A stretch of 63,361 bases of DNA, the filler included, from Lenisia limosa (taxonomy: Eukaryota; Protista; Breviatea), in NCBI GenBank assembly GCA_001655205.1. It is 12 parts of 12 records of this genome, joined end to end, with 100 filler letters (N's around TTAATTAATTAA, not from the genome) between each part and the next. Parts side by side here need not be neighbours in the genome. Positions count along the whole stretch, not along the records: positions 16,546 to 46,336 come from LPNZ01007106.1; positions 46,437 to 53,771 come from LPNZ01007124.1; 10 more parts are not named here. One strand, given 5' to 3'. Under the pieces are notes generated by a model. It did no database searches. It saw only the letters and a program-made list of their open reading frames with translations, and was not told the DNA's origin. The translations under genes and the position numbers were made by a program. Each line of letters begins with the position of its first letter. Positions within the stretch are counted from its first letter, which is position 1. This document shows, piece after piece, positions 38,901 to 49,196 of the stretch.

Positions 38901-40638
38901 TTGAGTGGCTATTTTTTAGATATCTATTTACTTGATTAGACCAATTGCGAAAGATCAAGAGTACAGCTCACACTTTCCATTGGGATTAGCCATGGGAGGG
39001 TTCTTCACGGCAATGTTGGTATGAGGGCAGTGGGGGAGGGGGGTCGAACAGCTTACATCGAAAGTCGCAAAAACATGTGATTGTATTTGGCAGTTTTTGA
39101 ATTAGTAAAGCCATACAAGTCAATATTTAGATGTAACACTATGAATGGCTGTTTTAATACCACTATTCCTACTTTTTGATGAAAATTGGATTGAATTCAT
39201 TGCAGTTCATTTCTGACATTTCAGGCTCAACGTTTCAATTCAAATACGGCGTTCTAGGCCAATTAGTCAACTTAGCAGCACGATTACAGACACTTTGTAA
39301 ACAGTATAAAGTATGAAGTGTAAAAACTATGAAGAGGAATAGTATGGGATATAAGTAGATACATATTCTACATTATATTGTTATTTGATATGGTATCGAT
39401 ATGTATTATACTAAGATAGCTATATCACACATATCATATACAATAGACGGTTTTCACAGTAATGTATGTATTATGTATCGTATATTATTAGATATGTTTA
39501 CTAATGGTTAAATAATCTCTGGTGATTCCTGATTGATCAGTTTTCCACTTCTCGTTTAAACGATTTTCATTCACCCACTTCACACTTCAACTCCTTATAT
39601 TCTAATACATGAAGGTTGGGATCATCATTACACACACGGTATATCTGGCCGTTTGTGGCTCCTTCGTATGTAGGTATGATTGGTTATAATCATTTCAAAA
39701 TAATAGTGTACTCCAACTTGGAAAACATTATTGTAAATACCCAAAAAAAAATTATTCCATTTGACAACATGCAATCATACTGATTAAGTGGAAAATAAAA
39801 CCTTTTTTTAAAATAGGCGAACACAAACAAATAAATTCAAGGGATTTTGATGAAACCGCAGGTGCTTGGACTTGGTGAAAGTGCAAGGAAGTCTCACTCC
39901 CGTTCTCATTTACCAAGTCATTAGAGGGCCGCCCCCTGAGTACGTCTCAGTTGAGGTTTGAGTCGCTGTTGTTTTCAAATCACTTTATCAGATCATGTGT
40001 ATTAATAATTTTCTTTTTAGGGTTTGGGTGTATATCAGGATATCTGGCACTTGGTTCAAGAGGTTCAGTTCTTCCAAAATGTGAGCTCAGAGGTAAAAAA
40101 GACAATAGTTGGGGCATCAACAAACAGTTTTGAAGTGAAACCCCATTACTCGGCCCATTGTTCAGCGGAACAATATTGACAATGTGTTATATCGACGATA
40201 TATTTCTAACATGCGTTTGAGTGTGATAAATTGTTAAAACTTGATTGGAAAAGGTAGAGGGAAGTTTCACACTGTAGATGGTCTGGAATGCCAAGGCTAT
40301 TAGCGATGAAGCACTTCAGCATTGGATTGCCCAAAATGGGGAGGTATGGACGTCTGGTGATGTCGCCAATTGTTTCGTTACCATTTTACATAAATACAAG
40401 GATTCTAGTGTTACAATATACATAAGTCAATAATCAAATGATTGTATTCACTATTAAGGATCAAGCAGTCCTATTTCTGTTAGAAAAGCTGAGGAATCGG
40501 AGCCAATACCCTCACAATCTATTGAGGATTTGCTCAAAGTAGTAATTATGGTCTTTTTTTCTGTGTATTTTATTATATTATTCATGTACTTTATAGTTCA
40601 TTGCTGAGGATACAGTGTTCGTAAAGGCTCGTGAATGA
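32978..40638 (+). CDS. Receptor-type class III nucleotide cyclase-like protein: dCache - TM - HAMP - degenerate cyclase domain (start uncertain)
   Basis: Cache motifs SRPWYVTAVESPGKKKWTPVYPYYTG and LHIAVSIP; TM LTSTCVLCTLVLVLLVVVVA followed by RPIHTLVKEF (HAMP-like); cyclase motifs FSQYIPNEVA, IMFVKYNG, GEFSGSCLLCIFGCP, IGISHGRVLHGNVG, YGVLGQLVNLAARL and LDLVKVQG..PVLIYQ; stop at 40636-40638. Confidence 0.85.
34482..34574. mobile_element. MITE-like family 2 copy, intronic in the cyclase-like gene
   Basis: tagggtttcacttcggtttgaaaa...ttttccgaagtaaagccc. Confidence 0.8.
36101..36180. mobile_element. MITE-like family 2 copy, intronic in the cyclase-like gene
   Basis: cactttggttcggaaaa...ttttttcgaaccgaagtgaagccc. 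Confidence 0.8.
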
Positions 40639-40783
40639 CATTCAAAAAAAATACAAATCAGGTGGAGGGTACTCTACTATGATATCATAATCAGATTTTA
40701 ATAAATCAAAAAGTCCAGGGCATCAATAAGTCCAGGGCATCAAAAAGTCCGAGGCATCAATAAGTCACGAACAGCTGCCACTG

Positions 40784-43700
40784 TTATTCATTAATTCGTC
40801 GAATCAGCTCAAGATAGAACTCATGTTCGGTAGCTTGAAGGTCTTTCAATGACGTCTTACGTTTCATGACCTACTGAAGTGATAATTGACTTCGAGACTG
40901 ATTATGATTGACAAAACTGCGGTTAATCCTCCATAACTACGACCAGAAAAGAACGAATGTCGTTTTCTTCGCAAACCATACTGTGTTGTTGAAATGAGAA
41001 AAAGACTAAAATACCCACAGACCTGTTTTCTCCTGAGACGCTGAGCCCGCCACTGAAGATTCCATAAACGGTCATATTCCACTTTGGCCAGTTTTGGTCC
41101 GATTCTTCCCTTTAACAGTTAAACTGCAATAATAGAAGTACTACCTGTGGAAATTACCGCATTATAGGTTCAAGAAAGAGCCCCAAAGACAAATGAACCA
41201 TAGTTGAAGAGATAGTCGATATCACAATAGCTGACATCTGATACTGTCTGGAGGTCCGAGACAAAAGACAACTCTGACATGGACGTGAGGGCTTTACCGC
41301 CGCCATGAGGGAGAAAGGCTTCTGCTTTTGCCATGTCGACTAATCAATCAGCTTCAATAAATAATGCGTAAATATTGGTCATTGTACTTCCTTTTGTCAT
41401 TTAATTTACACTCTCATGCAGCAAGGGTATAATATATAGAGCTCAGTAATAACAGAAGACGGGAAAATATCAGTTAAGCTGAATCCTGCCTCATCTCTCC
41501 CGCTTTGTGTCACATCCCCTACAATTGGTAACTTTCGAGAGCCAATTCAGCGCCTGTTGTCTGTTCCATGTGGCTGGATCCAAAAGACCGGTATTGAGGA
41601 GCTGAAAGATTAAAATAGGAAAACAACGATAAAAAAAACTGAATTTTACCCCTAGGCGGTTATAACCAGTGTACATTGTACCTCATTCAAAGCGATATAT
41701 TTACCTGCTGATTTTCACTAGCCATAACAGCTTGGGCAAAGGTTGCTGTAGACAGTGTCTGCTTATAATCCCTCAAAAGGGGCGACATGCACGCGAGGAA
41801 GAGGGTTTTGGTTGGCCGACAGCAGCAAAAGTCGAAGCACGGACGAAGGAAATAAGTGACAAGCGAGTCTCTGAACGGAATGTGTACGTGCTTACTGCAC
41901 AGTCAGGAAAATAAATTGGAGACGGATCACAACCGTGTATTTAGTAATGGAATCTTACAAAACTAATAATTATCTCATTAAAAAATGTCACAACTTTAAT
42001 GTAACAAGCATGATTTGGAATATGTAGAAATGAGAAAAAATAAGAGTATCAGGCTGAAGCCGTCCACACCATCACGTTTATAATGGTTATAATGATTATA
42101 GTACGATAAATATTAATTCACCCAATCATTTGCCTGACAACTCTGTGCACACAGCTTTCTGCGTGCCTCCCCAGCATACCTACAAGGATTAGATTAATGA
42201 ATAAGGACGTACGTCCTTGCTTGCATAGTAACCCATGTAGGTCCTCCTAAAACCGACATATGCCACAGATTTAGGAGGTGCTAGAGAGTTAGAATTGCAG
42301 ACAGCAAAGGCTTTATGGAACAAATACTATCATAGTGATTATAACGTCCTCAAAGGAGAACAAATTATAAGTGGCTCAATAGTAGGACAAGGTCTCAGGT
42401 GTAGAGATCCCCTAGTCTATGAGGCTGGTGAGGTTGTTTAGCAGAAGCCTTCTCAGTTTACTTTGATGGGGTGTCATAAATGCAAACTTGAATTTGAATA
42501 TGAACGATATCGTCAACTTCTTAAGGAATGTAATATTATATCCATTATTGTTGAGAGTCAGGATGAGACGAGCAGCGTTGTAGGCGAAGTGTCTCGATTG
42601 AGAACACAGTCGGCCGTAACGAGTGAGTTGCCCGTTCAAGACACCTTTCACAATATGCTGTGGAATAGTCGAATGAAAATAAGGGTATTGATTGACTTTG
42701 AAACTAAATTCCCTACGTTTATCGTATATTGAAGTATTGATATGATTCCTATGAAGACTAATCTGTATCCCAAGATAACCCACTTCGGTTGTGGAAGCGG
42801 ATGTTTGTGATAGCTGTAGATAGCTTGGATATATAGGGTCAATATCATCAGATGTCGATACAATATGTTTATGGAAGCTATGATGAGGATCAATAAGTAG
42901 AATATCGTCAATAAACCTTATGGCGTTGTTAAAGGTGATATCACTGTGTCGTCCTGGTGACTCGTGTGACAAAATCCCTTTCATGACGATACAGCATGAT
43001 TCGGAATACCAAAGACGATATCGCACCCCTCACTTTTTCTTTTGGTTACCTCGCCCTTTCAAACAAGCCTACGAGAAGTGAGTAATACATAAGCTTTGAA
43101 ACTATGAAACAATAAATTAGTTCAAGTTCTTTATTAACGTTCCTTGATTGATTTTTGAATATATATTTTCAGCTCCTATTCATACAAGTTGAGGAAAAGA
43201 AAGGGTTAGAAGCGAGACCCCACTGTTAAGGGACAGGGCATACTTTCACGGTAGCAAGGCTTTTATTGATGAACTTGGTCTCCTTCAGTTGTTGGTCACT
43301 GTGCTTCTCCATATCACTGGCTCCCTAAAACGAATCAAAGCCATTTTGATTTCAACTAATATTATGATACATGAAAGAGTAATTTGTCGGTGTACTATGA
43401 CATAATACAATGACAGTATTGTTTTAGAATACATGATATGCCATTTCTATTACTTATTGAACAAAATAAATCACACATCCCATCCATATACTTTTACCCA
43501 TCCATAAACAACCATTTATCCACTTCACAACAACCCTCAGTCCACCCCATAAACACACTTCGGAACCCGCAAGGTCGGTGAAGTAGAATTCGCCATTTTT
43601 AGCATCTTCAAGAGTGTCTGAGCCAACCAGGTCAAAGCTACATGGAATATGAGAGAGCTCGTTCGGTTCAAAAACGAGTATTTGAAAATAGGGTGTTATG

Positions 43701-46213
43701 GAAGTATTTTTTAGTATTATATAATTTGATATTATATAATTAGGGGTCCCCTACGGTTCCAAACAAGACCGAATCTCTAGAAAAAATCCTCGATAAATAT
43801 CGATATTTAAACAGTTTGTTTTGGACCAGAATAAAACCTTTATGACAAAAAGGATCGTATCTCGGTGGCTTTGTGAATTGACAAACATTATTCGAATAAT
43901 GACATGGCTTCTGCTACTTGAGTCATTTCGCAAGGTGGCAGCACTGGTCCGTTTCTCGAAGATTACTTCCATAATGCGATTCCAATCTTCAATACAGCTA
44001 CATGTTAAAATTAAATGGGACCTTATTACTTATTACCAACGCAAATTGCTGAACAAATGATACTATATATCATTTGCTGGGATTGGAAGAATAAACAAAA
44101 TACATAATACAAGATGAAATAGAAAATGTAGTAGAGTAGATATCATTCTACATCAAATGAGGAAATTGGAAGATAGAAGGTGAATATATTTATATCTCTA
44201 CGGATATTTCTTCATTCAAATAAATTTGCCAATCATTTGCCTTTCCTCACCTTGAAACGACCTGTGACGCTCCCATCCACTCCACAGAGCCTTGAATGGC
44301 CTCAGTTGGAGTCACTGTGCTCATATCATCAGAAAGAAGGTCACATGCTCCTTCCACTGTAATCTCAACAGCGCTGATCTGTACCGAGTGTTAATAGGAA
44401 TATGAGGTATTTGATACTTTGTATCGTTTCCTGTGCTGAGCTTTTCATATTGGCCGTCTAAATATTGTATCGTTAGAGGTCAGTGGCTAGTATAAGATAC
44501 ACACATCATCATTGATATCGATCTATCATATTCAGTGTTTTACCTTTGCTGTTATGCCTTGAAGTTCCAGGGTCCATGGGGGACTGGTATGCCCTAAAAC
44601 GATAAACAAACCCAGTTCTTAAGTCATTTGGATCGCAGTGTGGCACTCTCAACAAATGAGCCTGGTACGGACATTTCAAATATCCCTACCCTGGAGCATG
44701 TAAGTCCAGGCAAAGCTGGCAATATCGTTGAGGAGATGCACGCATGAAAACGTCTTCCCCGATCCGGTCTGTCCAAAGGCAATGAAGGAGCTGACCCCAC
44801 CGCCACATGCCTGCAGTGATCACCGTATTGCTTTGGAACTGACCTCTATTGAGATGTTACCCTATCCACTTGTATGATGTTTTCCCCAGTTTTATGATCA
44901 ATGGCCGACTGTCAAGTTTATCGGGATGAGCAAACATGGGTGATAAGAGGCTGCAGAAGAAGGCAAGACACGTCACTGTTGCTTGATTGAGGGCCAATTG
45001 CAGCATCCAGAGTGAACATCTCCGAAGTTAAGCCTAGATATTATATTAGAAGGGGGTTAAACTTTTAAAATGACATCATAGGGTTAATATTGAAGGCCTT
45101 GATATTTTAACACACTTTAGCTTTTGGCAAAATAAAAAAAAACACCTAATATCAATTACATGGCAAACCAAGACAAATCAATTGCCCTCAAAGGTCCTAC
45201 CTTTTTTACCTGTAACTGTTATAGAGGGAACCAGTACTTGAACAATTCCCTTGGTGCTGAATCATTAATCTTAATCAAAGCTGTGGACTTAATTTTATAA
45301 GAAAAAAATCACACAGTGTGCGTAACATAAATTGACAGGTGCAAGTCTTGATCTTTTTCTTAAGGGAGATAGGATTCTTCCATCCAAGATTTACCACAAT
45401 CATAATTAACCACTCTAGTACAATGACTCACACTCAGCCTCACCCAATGCCTTCATAGTCACGCGTATCAATGCCAGTTCCATGGCAGAGCACAGCAGGA
45501 ATGGGATCAGGATCAAGCCGAATCAGTGGGCGAACCCTTCCCACAGACAACACATCTTTTGTCAACGGTAGAGGTGTGATCTGCTGGTTGTTATACAAAG
45601 AGCAGCTTCTTATGCAAACGTGTAAGAATAGCCTATTTCAACGAAAAGATAGCCCTCTGAAAGAGAATGGCCCTGTTAATAGTTATATCCCTTGACCCCT
45701 CACAAGCTCCTGATCTCTGGGCGGTTCTGCAATGGCGAAACATTGTGGGTCACCTCCGGGCACTAATGTATTAGGGGAGGGGCGCCACTGCCAACATAGT
45801 GCTTTAGCCCCCCCCCCCAAGGGTCTCATTGGATGAGTGGGAGGCATATACAGATATCATATGTATGATATGTATATATAGAGGCTTCTTAGGTCTCATC
45901 ATTTACACAGGTGTAAAGCAGGATGGTCACATTAGAAGATATCAAATATACCCCCTTGGTGCGAACATATCAATTGTATCATATACTGCTCTATTACAAC
46001 AGTGTTCACTTTCAAATGTACACCCTATATTCCCACATTTCTCTGCCGCCTTTCGGAAGAACTCTCTGTTCTCTTCAACCTAAACAGGGGGTTAGGCTGG
46101 GCGGCTTTAAAATGGGGAAATAAGAATAGCAAGGATTCATTCACAGATAAGAATACTATTTTTATGACATCCCTCATTTCACAGCAAACCTGTTTATTTG
46201 TGGCTCGAGCCAT
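40784..46213 (-). CDS. Kinesin motor protein (kinesin-13-like motifs) with a possible SAM-like C-terminal region, multi-exon
   Basis: GRVRPL, FIAFGQTGSGKTF (P-loop), NDSSSRSH (switch I), FTDLAGSE (switch II), ETKFINKSLATVKACL, HIPFRDS and TLFLACMSP; C-terminal DPATWNRQQALNWL. The subfamily and SAM calls are less certain than the kinesin call. Confidence 0.9.
42412..43026 (-). mobile_element. 5'-truncated Penelope-like retroelement RT (palm end plus thumb), Naiad/Chlamys-like, inside a kinesin intron
   Basis: RFIDDIL, GYLGIQI and IYDKRREFSF.V..YP.F.S.IP..KGV..GQL.RY.R.CS....F....L...L..NGY. The ORF stops after the thumb with no C-terminal GIY-YIG. It lies in the intron at about 41896-43031, which splits GNQKK|NKHVHIPFR. 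Confidence 0.85.
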
Positions 46214-46857
46214 AGCCCCAGTCCTTCTTAGCAATCAAGAACAGAGCGACTCGACAGTAATGCTAGGAGATATACAGATTATCTAATATGTCCAAGAGTG
46301 TAATGCAGGATGTAAAGTTAGGTAGGATGTTGATAGNNNNNNNNNNNNNNNNNNNNNNNNNNNNNNNNNNNNNNNNNNNNTTAATTAATTAANNNNNNNN
46401 NNNNNNNNNNNNNNNNNNNNNNNNNNNNNNNNNNNNGAACATTGGTGTAAAGATAAGAGATCTTTATTTTCATATTAAATCGATGAAGATTTACTACAAA
46501 AGTCTGTCTGTCACTCCTTTTTTATATCATATATTACATACGGCAGCTGATACCCTCAGAGCCATTTTCACTCTCATCACTCGCCTCCCCCCACCCGCAT
46601 TATTCCCCAGAACCTTCTGCAAAAGGCAGAAACAGACTTTCTTGGGCCCTTTTCCTGCCTCCTCGCGGGTCGGCCCGCTTCNNNNNNNNNNNNNNNNNNN
46701 NNNNNNNNNNNNNNNNNNNNNNNNNNNNNNNNNNNNNNNNNNNNNNNNNNNNNNNNNNNNNNNNNNNNNNNNNNNNNNNNNNNNNNNNNNNNNNNNNNNN
46801 NNNNNNNNNNNNNNNNNNNNATGTTCAAATGTAGGCAGGTCGTGTCTCGGGCTATAT

Positions 46858-46950
46858 TTCCGGGTACCCGGATCCGGATCCGATTCTACCCCCAAAAACC
46901 AAGGATCCGGATCCGATTTTAGGGGTGGATCCGGATCCGGGAATATACTG
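46858..46950. repeat. Cluster of GGATCCGGATCC motifs, probably the subterminal region of a DNA transposon
   Basis: Three ggatccggatcc blocks within about 90 bp, next to an N gap. Confidence 0.5.
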
Positions 46951-47336
46951 GGTTGATCCTGGACCCCAAGCAATTCATTGAAAGTGAATTTCAAAATTTG
47001 AAGTGAATATTGCAGTAACAAGAACCTCAGTTCAGACATTATTTTTTTTCTTCTTTTGTCAACTACTACGGAGCTCTCACCTTATTTTTGTTTTATAATT
47101 TTCTTAATGCTAAACAAGAAGATGACATCAATTTCTTTTTTTTTGTTTTATTTTTGCTTGTTTTTTTTTGTTTTGTTTTTTTTTTTTTTNNNNNNNNNNN
47201 NNNNNNNNNNNNNNNNNNNNNNNNNNNNNNNNNNNNNNNNNNNNNNNNNNNNNNNNNNNNNNNNNNNNNNNNNNNNNNNNNNNNNNNNNNNNNNNNNNNN
47301 NNNNNNGTATCCCTTTTTCATCAGTCAACAGGTGAC

Positions 47337-47470
47337 AAGTCTCTTGTCGAGCTCTGCCTCCCCCACTTCGCGCAATATAGCCACCAACAACAATCCGCCT
47401 TCTCAGTTTTTGTCATGGAGGGAGGAGAGGGCAACAAAGTAGTTGGTGTACTGCATTGTCAAGCTTATTA
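47337..47470 (+). CDS. Terminal exon of an unidentified protein
   Basis: CAG|GDKSLVELCLPHFAQYSHQQQSAFSVFVMEGGEGNKVVGVLHCQAY*. Confidence 0.35.
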
Positions 47471-48217
47471 AGATTAGAGCTTCAGTACAGTGAAATGGTG
47501 AATAAAATTTCTATTTTTACTCTCTCCCCCCCCCCCCCNNNNNNNNNNNNNNNNNNNNNNNNNNNNNNNNNNNNNNNNNNNNNNNNNNNNNNNNNNNNNN
47601 NNNNNNNNNNNNNGAAGAATTTGGACGGGATGAGTCCTCTAAGGGCCCTCCCCCTGCCACTGACCCATCTTGCGAGGTGAGGGTCTTGTTGCGGCGTTAA
47701 TTAGTTTGAGGTTTCTCAATTTGAGATTTCACTTTTTCACAAAAATACTTCAGATAACAAGGAATGTTTGATACTTCTTCCAGTTCGTGGCCTTTTGATT
47801 TCCTTTATTCTCTATCTTTTTTTTTTAAGATCTTTCATTGTGTTATTATTATTATTATGATGATGATGGTGGTGGTGTGAACTGCTTCGGCCAGACATCC
47901 TTATTTTTTTATTTCTCATTGATCTAATATTATTATTATTATTGACCAAAGCCATTGGTGTTTTATTTTTTCACGGGGATTTAACTGCACATTCTGCATC
48001 CACATAAAATATCGGATTATTTTGGAGACAAATCTCGGATAGACATTTGCTATTCAAGTATGACCCAATTAATTTCACTTATTAAGGAATCAAATGGTGA
48101 AACAACTAAACAAATGCGAGAGAAATCCTGGAAAGTCAATGATAGAGTCAATAACACCCGGAAGAGACAATATAATTTTCAATTCCACGTTCTTCTGAAA
48201 TTCAGGGTTTTCACGGT

Positions 48218-48900
48218 TCACAACGACAGCAGTGGCAGCAGAACTTCTGCTTGGCTAAAAACAGTCAAAAAGAAAAGTCAACAGTAGCTTACTTCAATGT
48301 GGAAGACCTTAGTGATAAATTCACTTGTTGGTCTCCACAAAATACTCTACCCATTGATTGATATAGTGCTGGCGATCAGGAATACTTTCTACAGTGAGGA
48401 ACTCTTCTACAAAGTTAAGTACTTTGTTTTTTTAAAAAAAAAAATCAAAATACAACTTATATGTATGTATTATACAAATGATGTTTTTTTTTTTTTTTTT
48501 TAANNNNNNNNNNNNNNNNNNNNNNNNNNNNNNNNNNNNNNNNNNNNNNNNNNNNNNNNNNNNNNNNNNNNNNNNNNNNNNNNNNNNNCTTGGAGCAAGA
48601 AAAAAGGATAACAACAAGAAAGGCCTTTTGTCTCTTGTAGAAGATTACCTTACGTTTGCAGTGTCCTGGTGTGTTGTAATCCTCCCATCATACTATTAGA
48701 AAAATAAAACTTCAAAATTACCACCCAAAACCCACCACAACCTGGGTAAGTGGCCTGACATGTGGCGGTGTCTCTGTCCCTGGTAGCGAAGGAAGTCAAT
48801 GAGACCCTGACTCCCAGGGAGAATCCTCAGACCAGAAACCGCAAGGTGAAGGTCTTCCATTGCAGTCTCTGCTTCACATCTAATGTTATTGATCACCAAC
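48218..48900 (-). CDS. 3' exons of an unidentified protein
   Basis: Coding-like blocks EAETAMEDLHLAVSGLRILPGSQGLIDFLRY and FVEEFLTVESIPDRQHYINQWVEYFVE with GT-AG ends. Confidence 0.35.
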
Positions 48901-49196
48901 CTAATTCAAAGACTAAACAAATGAAGTAACTGTGCTGTTAAATTTCCTTTACTTCTTCTTCTCTTGGTGTTTTAAAAAGTATCTCTTTTCTTGTCTTTTC
49001 TTTTCTTTATTTTATTTCAACCTTATTTATAATTTCAATGTTTGTGTAGATTTGATTTTTTCATTAAATATCTGTTTTTGCTTGTTTTTGTTTTGCTGTA
49101 TTGTAATTCATTTTTATTGTTGTTTTTTTATTATTATTGTTTGAGTATTTTTGTTTTGTTTTTTTAAGTGCTGATTGTTTTCTCACGTCATTACAG

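Noticed and set aside
43600-43645. Degenerate kinesin switch II (FDLVGSD)
   Set aside because: A canonical DLAGSE is present just downstream on the minus strand (about 43560-43590).
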